DNA from: Eutreptiella sp. 'Long Island Sound 2002'
Lineage: Eukaryota; Protista; Euglenida
DNA length: 64,000 bases
Assembly: GCA_964036045.1 (NCBI GenBank)
Contig: OZ038379.1
Span: forward strand, 72,664,001-72,728,000
Direction of reading: 5' to 3'
In this document: piece by piece, positions 22,573 through 34,141 of the stretch
Layout: each line of letters starts with the position of its first letter
How positions within the stretch are numbered: the first letter of the stretch is position 1
Made by a program: the position numbers and the translations under genes
The notes under the pieces: model-generated
Told to the model about the DNA's origin: nothing
The model's database searches: none
What the model saw: the letters and a program-made list of their open reading frames with translations, nothing else

Positions 22573-23997
22573 ATGGCGTATCGGAGAACTCGTTGCGTGT
22601 ATTGGCCATTTCTTTCATCCATGGTAGTTTTTGGGAATTGCATGCAACTATGACCAGCGGGTCTCACCTCGCAAACTTGTAAGCGAGCCGGAGTCCATCC
22701 AGTGGACTTAGGGATGTTCGCCTTTCAAATGGCGAAGGTGCATGGCGACGGGACATCTGAGGTTGAAGTTTAGCACATATTTGCCCAATGCTTCGGCATT
22801 CACATGATCCCCTATGCCTGAACCAGGCTCATAACAGGTGACAGTCACTTGGTTTCGAGCATCGATAGAAATGCCGCGGGAGGACAATTGAAGCAGAATT
22901 ATTTCAATGCAAGGCTCAAACTCGGGTGGTAGGTCTTCCAACCGTGTGATATTGGTGGCATTAGCTCCCATTCCATAGCCAAAGTGCTTCAGATGTCGAT
23001 GCATAGAGGTGTCCCAATTCGGTTGGAGGTGATCAAACATAGTAATGAGGCTGTCTTCTTCCTCAGCAGTGAAGAGTTCTGGAAAGTAGTCGAGGCCGTT
23101 GGGGACTCCGTTAGAGGCGAAATGTGCAGGGGGCATTTTGTAGGGAGCTTCGGGGTTCTCTTCAGGCGGAGGGTCGTGGTCGACTTTGATGGTGTCAATT
23201 TTCTCTGCTTTCTCTTCCGGCGGGGGGTCTTGATCTACATTGATAGCTTCAGAGACGGAGTTCACCTCGGGTGCAGGATCGTTGTCGACTACGATGGTGT
23301 CGGTTTTCTCGGTTTTCTCCTCTGGCGGGGGGTCTTGATCTACATTGATAGCTTCGGCGAAATTGTGATCTTTTTGGGAGTCTGAGATGGCTTTGTTCCC
23401 AATTTCTTTATTCAAGTTTGGGCTGTATGGGTTGTAGGTGTGTGCTTCGAGTATAGGAATGAGGAGTTGTTCGTCATCCGTGTCCCCTTCGGTCTGAGGA
23501 TTCATCTCTGGCGAGGGCGATGGGTGGTTGTTGCTTGGCGGTGACGGACTGAATGTGGTTGGACAGGGAGTGCTTGAGGTTGACTCGGAGTTGTCGGGTG
23601 CCGTAGCTCCTGAAGGAGGAAGGAGGGGTGGTGAACGAGGGGAGGCCATGGAGATGTCAGCGAGTGTTGGTGTCTTAGGCGTGTTGTCTTCCGTGTTCCA
23701 TTTGGATATTTTGTCATGCGGGGTCGGAGGTGGTGCGTCCAGTTTCTCTTGGAGTTCCATGAGTTGGGTGACAAAGGCTCCGGCACCAAGGGTTCCTCCA
23801 CATTGGAAAATGGCGATGAGGTCGTTAGGGTGTTTTTCGTCAGTGTGCGGTTTGAGGATTTTTTCCCGAGAGACATGGTCCGGTTCGAGGCAACGTGCAG
23901 ATATTCCCCGGTAGCTGAAGCCATGTGCCAGTAGAGCCGAGTCCCTCTTTTGATATTTGAGTTGGTATAGAGTGGCAACGTTAGATGACGTGATCAC
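22573..23997 (-). pseudogene. alkB: LINE segment: RRM-like part, Pro/acidic linker and ALKBH8-like AlkB 2OG-Fe(II) dioxygenase domain (22573-23106)
   Basis: GLDYFPELFTAEEEDSL, HLKHFGY, NQVTVTCYEPGSGIGDHVN (HxD read as HxN), then across in-frame stops GSLTSLRGETRWS*LHAIPK, and a frameshifted QRV..IR end. The order and spacing match the ALKBH8 AlkB domain as I recall it. Confidence 0.88.
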
Positions 23998-24001
23998 CTT
24001 G

Positions 24002-25645
24002 TCAATTGAGAGAAAAGGGCCCTAGCAAGCCCATAACAATTTTGACTGAATGAAGAGATTCCGTCATTGGCGCGGCAACTTCAACCAAGCATGGGTCACC
24101 CTGCATGCGGACTGGGTCTCTCGAAAGAGGCCATTTGTCTTGGGGGAGAGCCGTGGATGCAAGGGAGGCTGCTTGAGGTTTTTCATCCCAAAAAAGAGCC
24201 ATGGCGCCCGCCGATCCTTTGAATAACAAGAATCCATCGTCACGGAACAATCTTGTTGCTAGAGTTTGAAGCGGGGTTTTTTGAGGTTCGCATGGCACCG
24301 CCGAGGAGTCTATGGTAACTAGCAGACTCGTTGAGTTTTTGATTAGAGCTCCTTCGTACATGCAGTAGCGTGGGTGGGCCGTCTAATTCCGCCTTGTGAT
24401 GGACCAAATATTGCCCGCTTTGTCGTCGTGGTTGCGAGATTTGCAATCACGAGAGGGTACAACCTTGAATGTTCGTAGGCTTTGGAGATCTTCGATACGC
24501 ATGATGAAAATGTCTCCTTTGGCAAACGCCGGGGAGTTGACCACCGCATTGCGAAGGTAGGTGTCGAAGGGTGGTGGGAGATCCCAATCATACCTCACAA
24601 AACCTTCAAGAGGAGAGCGGAAGTTGCGGATTCCTCCTAGTGGGCACAAAGCATTGGATGAGTTGATGCTAGCCGCGTCACTCAAACCGCCGAAGGCTCG
24701 TTTGAAACCCGTTTGCATGATTCTATTGTCCGTGGGCGAGAAGTCTCCCTGGGTTTTTGGGTTGGGAACTTTGGATTCATCATAGAAAGCGTGTAGGGTC
24801 TTGACGGAAACGTCAATCCGAACCTTGGAGTTGACCGTGTTGGGTGGTTTGTTGATGCGGGCGTGTTGGAAGGCTTTGGAGAGAGATGGTTCGTAGAGGT
24901 TGACATCAAAGACTTGAATTTCATCCGTTCTGCTTTTTTGGCTATCAAGCCATAAGGCCACGACTGGGAGGGATTGACCGTTTGTTTCGACAAAGTTGGG
25001 TGTGTTGTTCCTTACCAAAGCAAATTGGTTTTTGGTCTCCTTGAAAACATGGGTCTCGGCGATGAAATCTTTTATTTGAACGAGGGAACCATTCATTGTG
25101 GGGAGGTAGGACTTGGATGTGACCTCCCTATCGTAGCTCGTAGTAATGAACCATCCACCGGTTGGAGTGCTTGGTGAAGCAAAGCGGCTTTTCAACAATT
25201 CTACGTAGTGTTTGGGAGTTTTCACCATTGGTGGCAACCCCGCTTTGTCCATGAGAGGTGCAAGGTAGAACGCAACCCTAGGCATGTACTCATCTTTGTG
25301 CATGAACAAGTCGTGGGCGGGCGATAGGTAGGTGTGTTGAGTTTGTTTGTTGATGTCTATGTTGATGAAGGCGTTGGTGAAGTCGGTGCCCCTTAGATCT
25401 CGGTCAAACGGATGTCTATTGTAGAGGAATTGGCGTATGTTGGAGTGTGCAATGAGGAGTTTTGAGTCAAACATGCGAGTACCTTCTTCGTAAGTGCCGA
25501 ATTTGACGTAGTCATTTTCCCAGGATGATTTTGGCGTAGCCAAGAGTTGAGCGGGACCATAGGTGAGGCCTTTTGGGATTGGAAAAGGGGAGGGCGGCGG
25601 AATGGTTGGCACTTTGTTTCTTGCACCAAGACCAAAAAACGACAT
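24002..25645 (-). pseudogene. LINE N-terminal (ORF1-like) region, no recognised domain
   Basis: ATG at 25645 (MSFFGLGARNK). ORFs 24383-25903 and 24002-24361 share a frame across one TAA. A 1-nt shift at ~24003 joins the 22708-23997 frame. Confidence 0.7.
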
Positions 25646-25888
25646 GTTGTGCGGTGAACGGTGAGTGCTCAAAGTTCGGGAATGGGATGCCAAAGCGTAG
25701 GAAATGAGGGTAAACACGGAGTTTGTCCAATATAGATATAGCGGAAATGACGGTAATTCCAAAGGAAATGACGGTAAATTCGAAGGGAATTGAGAATCGG
25801 CGCAGAACTTGAACAGCCCAGGATTTTTGCAAATCACCGAATGGCCTGGACTATTGGTGGATCCATTAAAGGAATTCTGAGGGTCAAT

Positions 25889-25914
25889 GGAAAAAATAGA
25901 CACTCAGAAAGTGT
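25889..25914 (-). other. Euglenid spliced-leader relic at the LINE 5' end
   Basis: ACACTTTCTGAGTGTCTATTTTTTCC vs the euglenid SL ACACTTTCTGAGTGTCTATTTTTTTTCG (recalled from memory); the first 24 nt are identical. It is not followed by a GT donor. Confidence 0.9.
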
Positions 25915-25928
25915 GCGGCCCTGTTTGG

Positions 25929-26200
25929 CTACATAATTGCCGCCTGCAACGAAAAGGAGGCAGAAGTGTTAAGAATGGGGCACAGTTGGAGGAGAAGGGC
26001 CATGGAGAACAGACGAGGGCAAAAGGGAGCAAGTGCAGGGGCGTGGCGTGTTAGAAAATGTTCTTAGAGTTTTACGCGTTGCTTGCGATGCTGTTTTCTC
26101 CCCGTACTCGGCGTGTTAGTCAATGAGGGGCAGGCGTTACGTTCCCATTAGTGTCTCGGTGCTTATGGCGTTAACTATTCACCTATTTAGGGTTGAATAA
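25929..26200 (-). repeat. Head module of composite copy E
   Basis: Shares GG..CATGGAGA, GAGTTTTACGCG.TGCT and CGGTGCTTA.GGCGTTAACTATT with 62540-62725 and, in part, with 2480-2600 and 26550-26750. Confidence 0.65.
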
Positions 26201-26395
26201 CTATTCACCTATTTAAGTTTGAAAATTTTCCATCGTGTTTTAACGCGTTTCGCCGCGCGCTTTTTTGCCTAGCCCTTTCGTATGTTAATTAGCTTCCATT
26301 TGAGCTAATTACAAAACTTTTTTGTGGTGTTTTACCCATCTTTTCATTTCCATCTGGCATCAGGGCGCATCGCGACTCGAGTTTAACATTTTAAT

Positions 26396-27352
26396 AGATC
26401 ATTTCTGCATCCCCCTCTCACTTGCTACCCCGCAACCTCGATGGTGGCGTTGTTGTTGATGGTGTTGCCTGTGCAAGGGGTTGACCTCATTTCCCCCAAG
26501 GGCCAATCGTCTGGACCGAGGGATAGGAGGAAAGGGGGAACAAGGGAGAGAGGGGAGGTACATGCAGAAAGAAAAGAGCAAAGAAGGAGCGTGGGTGGTT
26601 CAGGCACGCGGCAACGACTTAGAATACATTTTTTTGAGTTTTACGCCCTGCTTGCGACGGCTTTATCTTTCCGTTCATGGTGTATTGAACGATTAGAGGC
26701 AGGACCTTATGCTCCTGAGATCGTTGCAGCACTTACGTTGTTGGTTTCTTACCTATTCAAGGTCAAAAAACATTCGGTTGCGTTTTCATGCGTTTTCTTT
26801 TTTCCTAGCCGTTTTTAATGCTAATTACCTTGAGTTTTAGCCATTCAGTAATTTTGTCGGTCGTGTTCTACTCACCTGTTTATTTCTCTCTGCCGCCAGG
26901 CGGCAGCACGCGCGACCTCCCCTGCCCTGAGAACATCTGAGGTCTTCTTGTGGGCAATTTTGGTCAATCCCAGCTATGGCCTCACTTGTCGACCTCACCT
27001 GTCCCAAATCCAGGGGGGTTTGGTCAACGCCCAAAGAGGTATGTTGGACACATAGGACATGACTCGGGGGCATACTGCAGTCCAAATCAGACATGTTCCA
27101 CATTTGCCCCAACCATGAGTGTGCGCATTTCCGGCTAATTTTGGCCATTTCTGTATTTTTGTGCCGACGTGCACCATGTTCAGCCCCCTCCCCCCTGGTG
27201 CACGCCAGATGCATGTACCAAGGGACCATCCATGGTTGGTCTTAAGCATATTGGTCCCCACGGCTCATATGCCACGTGGACAGACGACCGCGTCCGCTCG
27301 CAAGAAGTCTAGCCGAAGGTGAGCGTGGGCAATTTTGTTATTTTGGTACTTC
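26396..27352 (-). repeat. Head plus 400-bp module without a body (copy B)
   Basis: Collinear with 2330-3031. Copy A lacks the ~230 bp present at 26678-26909. Confidence 0.8.
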
Positions 27353-28889
27353 TGGGGTTACCTTAGACCGCCACCATATAATGACCATGCCATGTATGTG
27401 TTGTGCTTGGCGCTGATACTCAGTCATGCCGCACCCCCCTCCAACATCCTTGACCGAAGTTGGAATCAAAAGGACACAGAAGGCGCTCGGCCCGCCATGC
27501 TCAGACGGTTGCTGTTCTGGCTTACATCTGGCTGGGACTAACACAATGCATACACTGCACTTTAGTAACGAACTGCACACACACGGCGAAAGGTCATATC
27601 ACATATATCCTGCGATGGGATCCAGGACCAAAAGAGGACAATAGAACAACAGGAATCAGAAAACCATGTGCTTGGCTACAGACTAGACCACATTGGAAAG
27701 CAAGGGCGCACAGGAAGGTCAAAGCACAAGGCAAGTGGCCAGATAGCAACATTCACTAAGAAAGCTGCTAACACACTTTGCAAAGCTCCAGGAGGGGGGA
27801 GGCAATAGACAAAACAATTAACGACCGGCCCCAAGTTTTTCCCTACACTCTAAACGTTATTGTCCTGCGTGGCTGACTAAAGGAATGCACAGCCCACACA
27901 CAACACTTGCGATGGAAACCCAAGCTGACAGATATCATCAAGAGCCCATATTGAGAAGCTTGCACACAAATGCACAATTCCAGAGCATATTGTACGACAA
28001 AACAAGAACATGACAGCCGAAGACAACAACATGGTTCCTGAAAGCACTTGTGGCAACTTGAAAAACTCTCTACTCAGCAAACATGTGTGGTTGCACGACC
28101 CATGTGAGTCGCCTGCTGACGGTTCGGATGAAGTAAGTGGCTAGCCTTGTCGTCAACGCGATGGTTGTTTCCCTACTGATGAATAGTAGCTCCCCTTGGT
28201 GTCAGCACGCGCTGACTGACTGGACGGCTTACAGCATTTTTTTACGTTGCCATGTAATCGCTGAAGGTTTGGACTACTGACCAGCCGTGTCTTCTTTCGT
28301 AATGTTGCCGTAGTGCAAAACAACCAAACAGATCGAACGAGATATTTGTACTGTGTCAGTACACGATGAGATGAGCCAAGCCTTGATGACGTCTGTGCAA
28401 AGAAACACAAAGAAAAATATGTCATGAAGTCTGGCACACCAATTACGCGGCATGCAGTGGCACTACTACCCAAGTGCGCCAACAAAATGCCTCTGACTTA
28501 GAAATGGCGCACAGAAACTTGCTGTGCAGTGCTGTACACCCCCCAACCAAAACTCCAGCAGGGGTAGCGTTGTGCAGCAAGCTGAACGACGATCATAGGA
28601 CCACGACAGACTGGGGAACACCATCTAAAGGCAATATGAAGCATGGAACGACTCAGACCACACACGTAATATACTAACGCTCCGCTTTGTGCTGAGGAGG
28701 AAGAGACCGAGGCCGCTCGGCATCAGAGACCGAAGTATGTTTAAGACTGAGCTCAGCTGGGCGACGTAAACACATCAGAGGCAACAGCAATACATAGTGT
28801 GCCCACAGCAATTGCATCCTGACTCATAGATCTTCTAACTTATCTGAAGTAGACCACTTACGAAGTTACCTCCTCATTTTATTCCCCGC

Positions 28890-29380
28890 TCACTGCTGCT
28901 CACTAAGTTGAATGCACTACTCTGCGATTAGGCTCAAGTAGGTACATCCAAACCACTATGAGACAGGGGAAGAGTAAAGAGATTAAAAGTACTTTATGCG
29001 CAGGAAAGGTGGAAGCGCATGCTCAATGACCAGCTGGAGTCCCGCAATGGAAATATTCAGCTCGCAGGCGCATAACAGGCTGGTGGTGGGGCAGCACCTT
29101 AGACAAATACAACTACAAGTGACTGACTGGCAATTAACCAACCACAACAGGGGTATGACAGATAAACGGACATAGGAATTGTACCAGAGTTGGACCAGGT
29201 TGAATGCTCCATGCAGCCTTTGCAGCGTCAGGATATTGCCAGATTGCACTACAGCAGTGACAAGACAGTACCCTGCCGTGCCTATTTGCCAATCGCTACA
29301 ACATAGACAAGAATGGGTGCTGTGGGGCGCACGACGACTGATGAGACAATCAAGTCAGGATCAGTGTGGCGTAGCGCCAG
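28890..29380. repeat. Diverged dispersed repeat (partner at 53815-54310)
   Basis: Shared blocks CACTAA.TTGAATGCACTA, AAGCGCATGCTCAA, ACCACAACAGG, AGCAGTGACAAGACA, TAGCGCC in the same order. Confidence 0.75.
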
Positions 29381-31523
29381 GAAAATCAACCCGAATAACG
29401 AACCAAAAAGGTGTGTAGGACTGGTCCCGGCAATTGTGCGGTTTGAGGTTTGAGGTTCCAGGTTCCTGGTTTTAGACGCCTTTCGGGCTTAGGGGGGCTA
29501 CCTGGACGGGTCAAGTGATATGCTCTTAACCGGAGCCTACTTGGGGGGCCATCAAAAAAACGCTTCCCGCCTTGTAGCGGCCTCCCCCGAATTCACCGGG
29601 CTTCGTGCGCTGACCCTCCCCGGCCCTCAAATTTTGCCCATTCTCGGTCGGCCGTGCTTCTAGCAACTGATCGTCAGGTGCTTACCCGTTACATTGCCAC
29701 CTAATGCGTGGTTGTCCGGTCTGCCGGCGCTGTCAGGCCCGTGCAATTGGTATGTTGCCAGTGGGACGCCCAGCGCTGGCGCGAAGCAGGGTTGGTGTAA
29801 TACAGCACGTGTAATGTATCGTAGCATACAGAGCATGTACTACAATGTATCGTATCCATTTGGAGGCAGTGCAGATTCCATGCCTTCTTGATGTACTTTG
29901 TTCTGCACGATATCCTTGAACAAATGCTAACCCTTCTTCCGGAGCTGACATCTCAAAATAATCTCACACTTTTCTGACCTAGTAGTTTTTGTTCAATTAA
30001 GTTATCTTCTTATGGTTTGCAACTATTTTCTTTTGGTTTCGACCTGCAATTGTGTGCCAAAATAGCTTTCCGCCTTGATTATTGTTTCGGGATACACTTT
30101 GTTCATGTACATTCGTTCAGCCGGACTGATAATGTCATCAGGGATGTCAGTGATTATGTCATCAGTGATGTCTCTGATGATCCTATCAGGCATGACTTCT
30201 TGAGTGATGTTCTGCATTGCCCTGCACCAGAGACAAATGTTTCGCATCCACATCCTCAGGGCCGAAGCCACGGTCCAGACTGCTGTCCACATCCAGTGGC
30301 CTAGCAAACTCACCGATAGGTGACATACCACAGGGGAGGTCTGCTTAGGTTTTCTAGACACCCTTCGGATATTATTCTCCTCCCGAACGTTGGCCAATTT
30401 TGAACATGGCACCAAGCGGCACCGCCCGGCTTGTGAAGCATTTGACACTGAATCTTGCTGGTAAAACCAGCAAAGCTGGGCAGAACCATAAGTGCAACTA
30501 CTGTGCTTATTTGGGCAAGGGCTGTCAGGGACCTGCAAGAGCTGGTGCCCGTTTGTCTTGTGAAAAGGGATATGGTGTGACTGCTTGTCCGCATGTACCC
30601 AAGGATGTGAAGGAGAAACTGCTGAAGTAGGCCGAGGAAAAGCTGAAGCACATACAACACCAACAAAAAAAAAGGACTTTCCTGTGCAGCAAAAGCCTCA
30701 ATAGCCTGCAGACCCAGCCCCCAAGAAAGAAGCAACACTGGATTCCCTGCGAGACATTTTAATCACTAAGTGATGAGGTGGATGTTTTCTACGCTAAGTT
30801 TGTGTACCACGATGAGGTTCCGTTTAATAGTTCTGACGCTGTGATGCTGCACCCGTACATTGACAGACTGACCAAATGTGTGAAGCGTGGTCTGCCACAT
30901 GCCCAGAATTCTACCCCCAGCAGGCACAAGGTCGCTGATGGCTTGCTGGACAAAATGTACCAGAAGGTTTCGGAAGAGATTGCCCCTGTATTTGCTGCGG
31001 ATCACAACACTGGGATGGGGACAGATGGGTACTCCAACGTCCGCAGGAATTCTGTGATCAACTACAATCTGTTTGGTCGCCGTTCGTCACGGTTCATGAC
31101 GGCTTATTACCCAGGCTAACAAGTAAAGAATGCTGACGACATTTTACAGGGCGTTTATGACCCTCTGGAGGTTGTTAGCCACTCAAATTTGCCGTGTCCC
31201 ACATCCACAGTTATTGCAGACAATGCAGAGGTGATGGCACCAGCTCTGACCAAGTTGTGTGACGCTGAGAAATTCCAAGCGGATCACTTTGAGACAATAG
31301 TTGGATGTACTTTTCACGGCTACAATGTGAAGTTCAAGGACCTCTGTGCACCGCCCGCTGTCGCGAATTTTATGAACACATACAGCACAGTTCTGAGGTT
31401 CTTCCGGAATCGATTCAGAGCCTCTGATGTTTTGACGGACGGGCAGAAACAGCACAAAGACAAGGATGAAGACGAAGACGACTGAGCCTCCACTGCCTGG
31501 TGAAACCCGGCTTGCAACCAAAA

Positions 31524-31829
31524 GATTCGGGCCACGCGAGGCAGGCGACGGTGAAATGCGGCAGGGAGCGCCGGGAAGGCGCCAGGCAAAAATTAGCATG
31601 GCGACAGGAAACAACAGGAAGCGACAGGAAGCGACAGGCTGGCGACCGGAGGGCGGCAGGAAAGCGACAGGGAAGCGACAGGGGAGCGACAGGGGAGCGA
31701 CAGGGGAGCGACAGGAGAGCGGCAGGCAAGCAACAGGGGAGCGACAGGGGGCTAAAAGTGCCAAAACAGCGACAGGGAGGCGACAGGGAGGCAACAGGAT
31801 GGCGACAGGAGAGTGAGGTGGCCCGAATC
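31524..31829. mobile_element. 306-bp MITE with 12-bp perfect TIRs
   Basis: GATTCGGGCCAC ... GTGGCCCGAATC, flanked by A-runs (2-3-bp TSD, ambiguous). The interior is tandem GCGACAGGGGA. It is inserted in the hAT TRxAT motif. Confidence 0.85.
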
Positions 31830-34141
31830 AAATAACCAATGTATTCAGTGGTTTTCGAAGAACAAGGGCTGGTCCAGCATCAAGTGGTCGTACCAGACCA
31901 GCAACAGCAGGGGAGCAGAAGCCATCAGTAAGATCATCTTGTCGTCAACCTTCGGGAAGCTGTTGCCGAACTGTCGAACACTGCTGCGGACACTGGCCCG
32001 TATGATCAGGAAGGTGGACACTGAAGGCTCAAGTTTCAATTCTCCTGTGTACCATCACATGGCTGGGTTCTAAGAGCACGGGGCTGAGCATCAGAGATTG
32101 CCCCCATCTGAACAGAACCAGTGCCGGACGCCGAGCATGCCGCCACCCCCCCCCCACCAACCGTCCACGGGGCCAGACCCGTGGGTCGCGCGGAAGCAGC
32201 CCCCTCCGCGACCCCGGCGCATCACGTCGACGCAAGCGCGCCGGGGAAGGTGCCACCACGGGGCCCACCTGGAGCCCGCACAAAGTCCAAAGCCCAGGAA
32301 GCCGGACCGGACACGCCCCAGCGCGCAGCCGACAAGAAACCGTCGCGTGGCAGGCACAACCGCGACAAGGACTCTTTTCGATGCCTTCAAAGGAGTCCTG
32401 CAGGAGTGACCCCCACGCGGACCCAGCACCGGCTGCCCCGCGCGTCCGCCGGGAGCCACGACGCGACCATACAGAGGGCACACTCCTCACGGTGTCACAC
32501 CGGGCACACCTCCAGCGCCATTACACCGCCCTGGGGAAAACTGAGCATGCTACCGCCGCGGATGACGGGCCTGCGACCGCAAGCGGGGCAGCTGACCAGG
32601 CCCCGGACGAGCGCAGCGCCCAAGGTAGCAGGAGTCGTGTGGAGGCGGGCAGCAACACCCGCTAGCGAGCCCACCGGCCAGCCACCGGAGACCACCCCGT
32701 CCAGGGGGCAGGGCCATCTGGACTACGCGCGCTCGGAAGGCGACGCCCGCCAGACCAAGCGCCCACGCGGAACAGGCCGGGGCACAAGACCTGGGCCTAT
32801 GGATCGACAGGCTCACCACAGGGGAGCAGCTCGCCCTGGCGGTGAGCATCCGATGGCTGCTGACTTCGCGATCCCGCCACCTCGAGGAGGGAACCCGCAC
32901 CATCGCAGACATCACCTTCGGCCATCAGACGGGGCAGACGCCCCATCCGCCCATGGACCACCCCGGCGAGTGGCACTCTGTGGCCACCTGGCTCATGGCG
33001 CATATGGGGGCCTACAGGCCAGACAAAATGAACGGGCTACACTGGCAGTGGCACTAACCCTGCGCATCGGTGCAGCCATGCAAAGGCAGAACATCTGGGC
33101 CATCCCTGGGTCCCCAGGGTACCAGGGACAGTCCTGAGGCCACCAGCGACCACGGTCCCAAGAGGACCCGGAGCCCTACAGGCAGGCGCCACGCCGTAAC
33201 TCCCCAGGACGCCACAAGGGGCCACCACCCGGGGTGGCTTCCCCCTCTGGCACTCAAAGAAGCCCCCTCCGACCGTTCGCCCCGCGGAGGGACCAAGGCA
33301 GTCCTCACACCTCAGGGGTCCAAGGCGGCACACCGGAGCGGCACCAGGGGACAAGGAAGAGTGGCCACTCCCGGCGCCGCAGCCGCACGCCGCCTCCCGC
33401 AGCACGGCGAGTCGTCTTCCATGAGGATTTGGACAGGGGCCATGGAGGTCCCGACATATCAACGCCCAACTGACATCATCTGCCACCGATCTCCAACGCC
33501 GGTCCAAGAGGCCCCGCACCAAACGGAGGCACATCCCCACCATTCCCACGCCAGCCGAGCGAGAGCGACAGACAGCGCTTCGCGGGGACCCCAACCGGGC
33601 AGCAGACGGAACGTCCAGCTCGTCCGCCGCCTCCCTCCCAGGGTTGGCGGCCGGCCCGCTGCCGGGGGGACAGCACGCCGCGGACACACGGCCAAGGGGA
33701 CCCGCAGCCGACCGGCGGTCTGCACAAGGGGTGGGGGGACAGCCCCCCCAACGCCCCCCCCCACGAGCGGGGCGCGATGACACCGGTCCTGGAAACGGGC
33801 ACCGGCCGCCAGACCAACTGGGCCCGTACACAAAGGGGTTCCCCACCCCAGCTGCAACACAGCCAAACCGCCGGGGCGCGGAGGACGCACGGCGACAACG
33901 GGAGCACAATGCCAGCAGTTCAAAAGCGGACAAAGAAAGGACAGAGACTTTCGGCCCTCAGGAGTCCGGTGACTCACTGCCCATCGCCGCGGCCTTTTCG
34001 ATGCCCCAGCAACGGGAGCCCTCCACGGGGAACCTGCCTGGGGGACACCCTGGCACCACCCCAGGGCACCCCTCCCCGGCTGGCGCCACACCGGACCAGG
34101 ACCGGGAGACCATGCCCCAGCCGGCCCCCGGACCACCGCAA

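Larger units (their letters stand above)
14579..25914 (-). mobile_element. Full-length non-LTR retrotransposon (SL - ORF1/RRM-like - AlkB - APE - RT - RNase H - Cys/His), ~9.1 kb native plus a 2.2-kb nested LTR element
   Basis: Domains are collinear on one strand. SL at the 5' end; A-rich tail (+ strand TTTTTGTTTT, 14579-14588). Candidate TSD GCAGCCCTCTTTGG (14565-14578) vs GCGGCCCTGTTTGG (25915-25928), 12/14 identical. Confidence 0.85.

Noticed and set aside
22573-23997. Independent host ALKBH8 gene
   Set aside because: Intronless, no Zn/methyltransferase domains, lies inside the LINE TSDs and shows the same decay as the LINE.
24383-25903. Start codon at 25903 as given in the ORF track
   Set aside because: That non-ATG start lies within the SL relic; the first ATG is at 25645.
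25889-25914. SL RNA gene
   Set aside because: No GT donor, SL intron, Sm site or neighbouring 5S rRNA; the SL runs straight into the LINE 5' UTR.
28890-29380. Protein-coding interpretation of the 28.9/53.8-kb repeat pair
   Set aside because: Both copies have stops at the same positions in the frames I tested.
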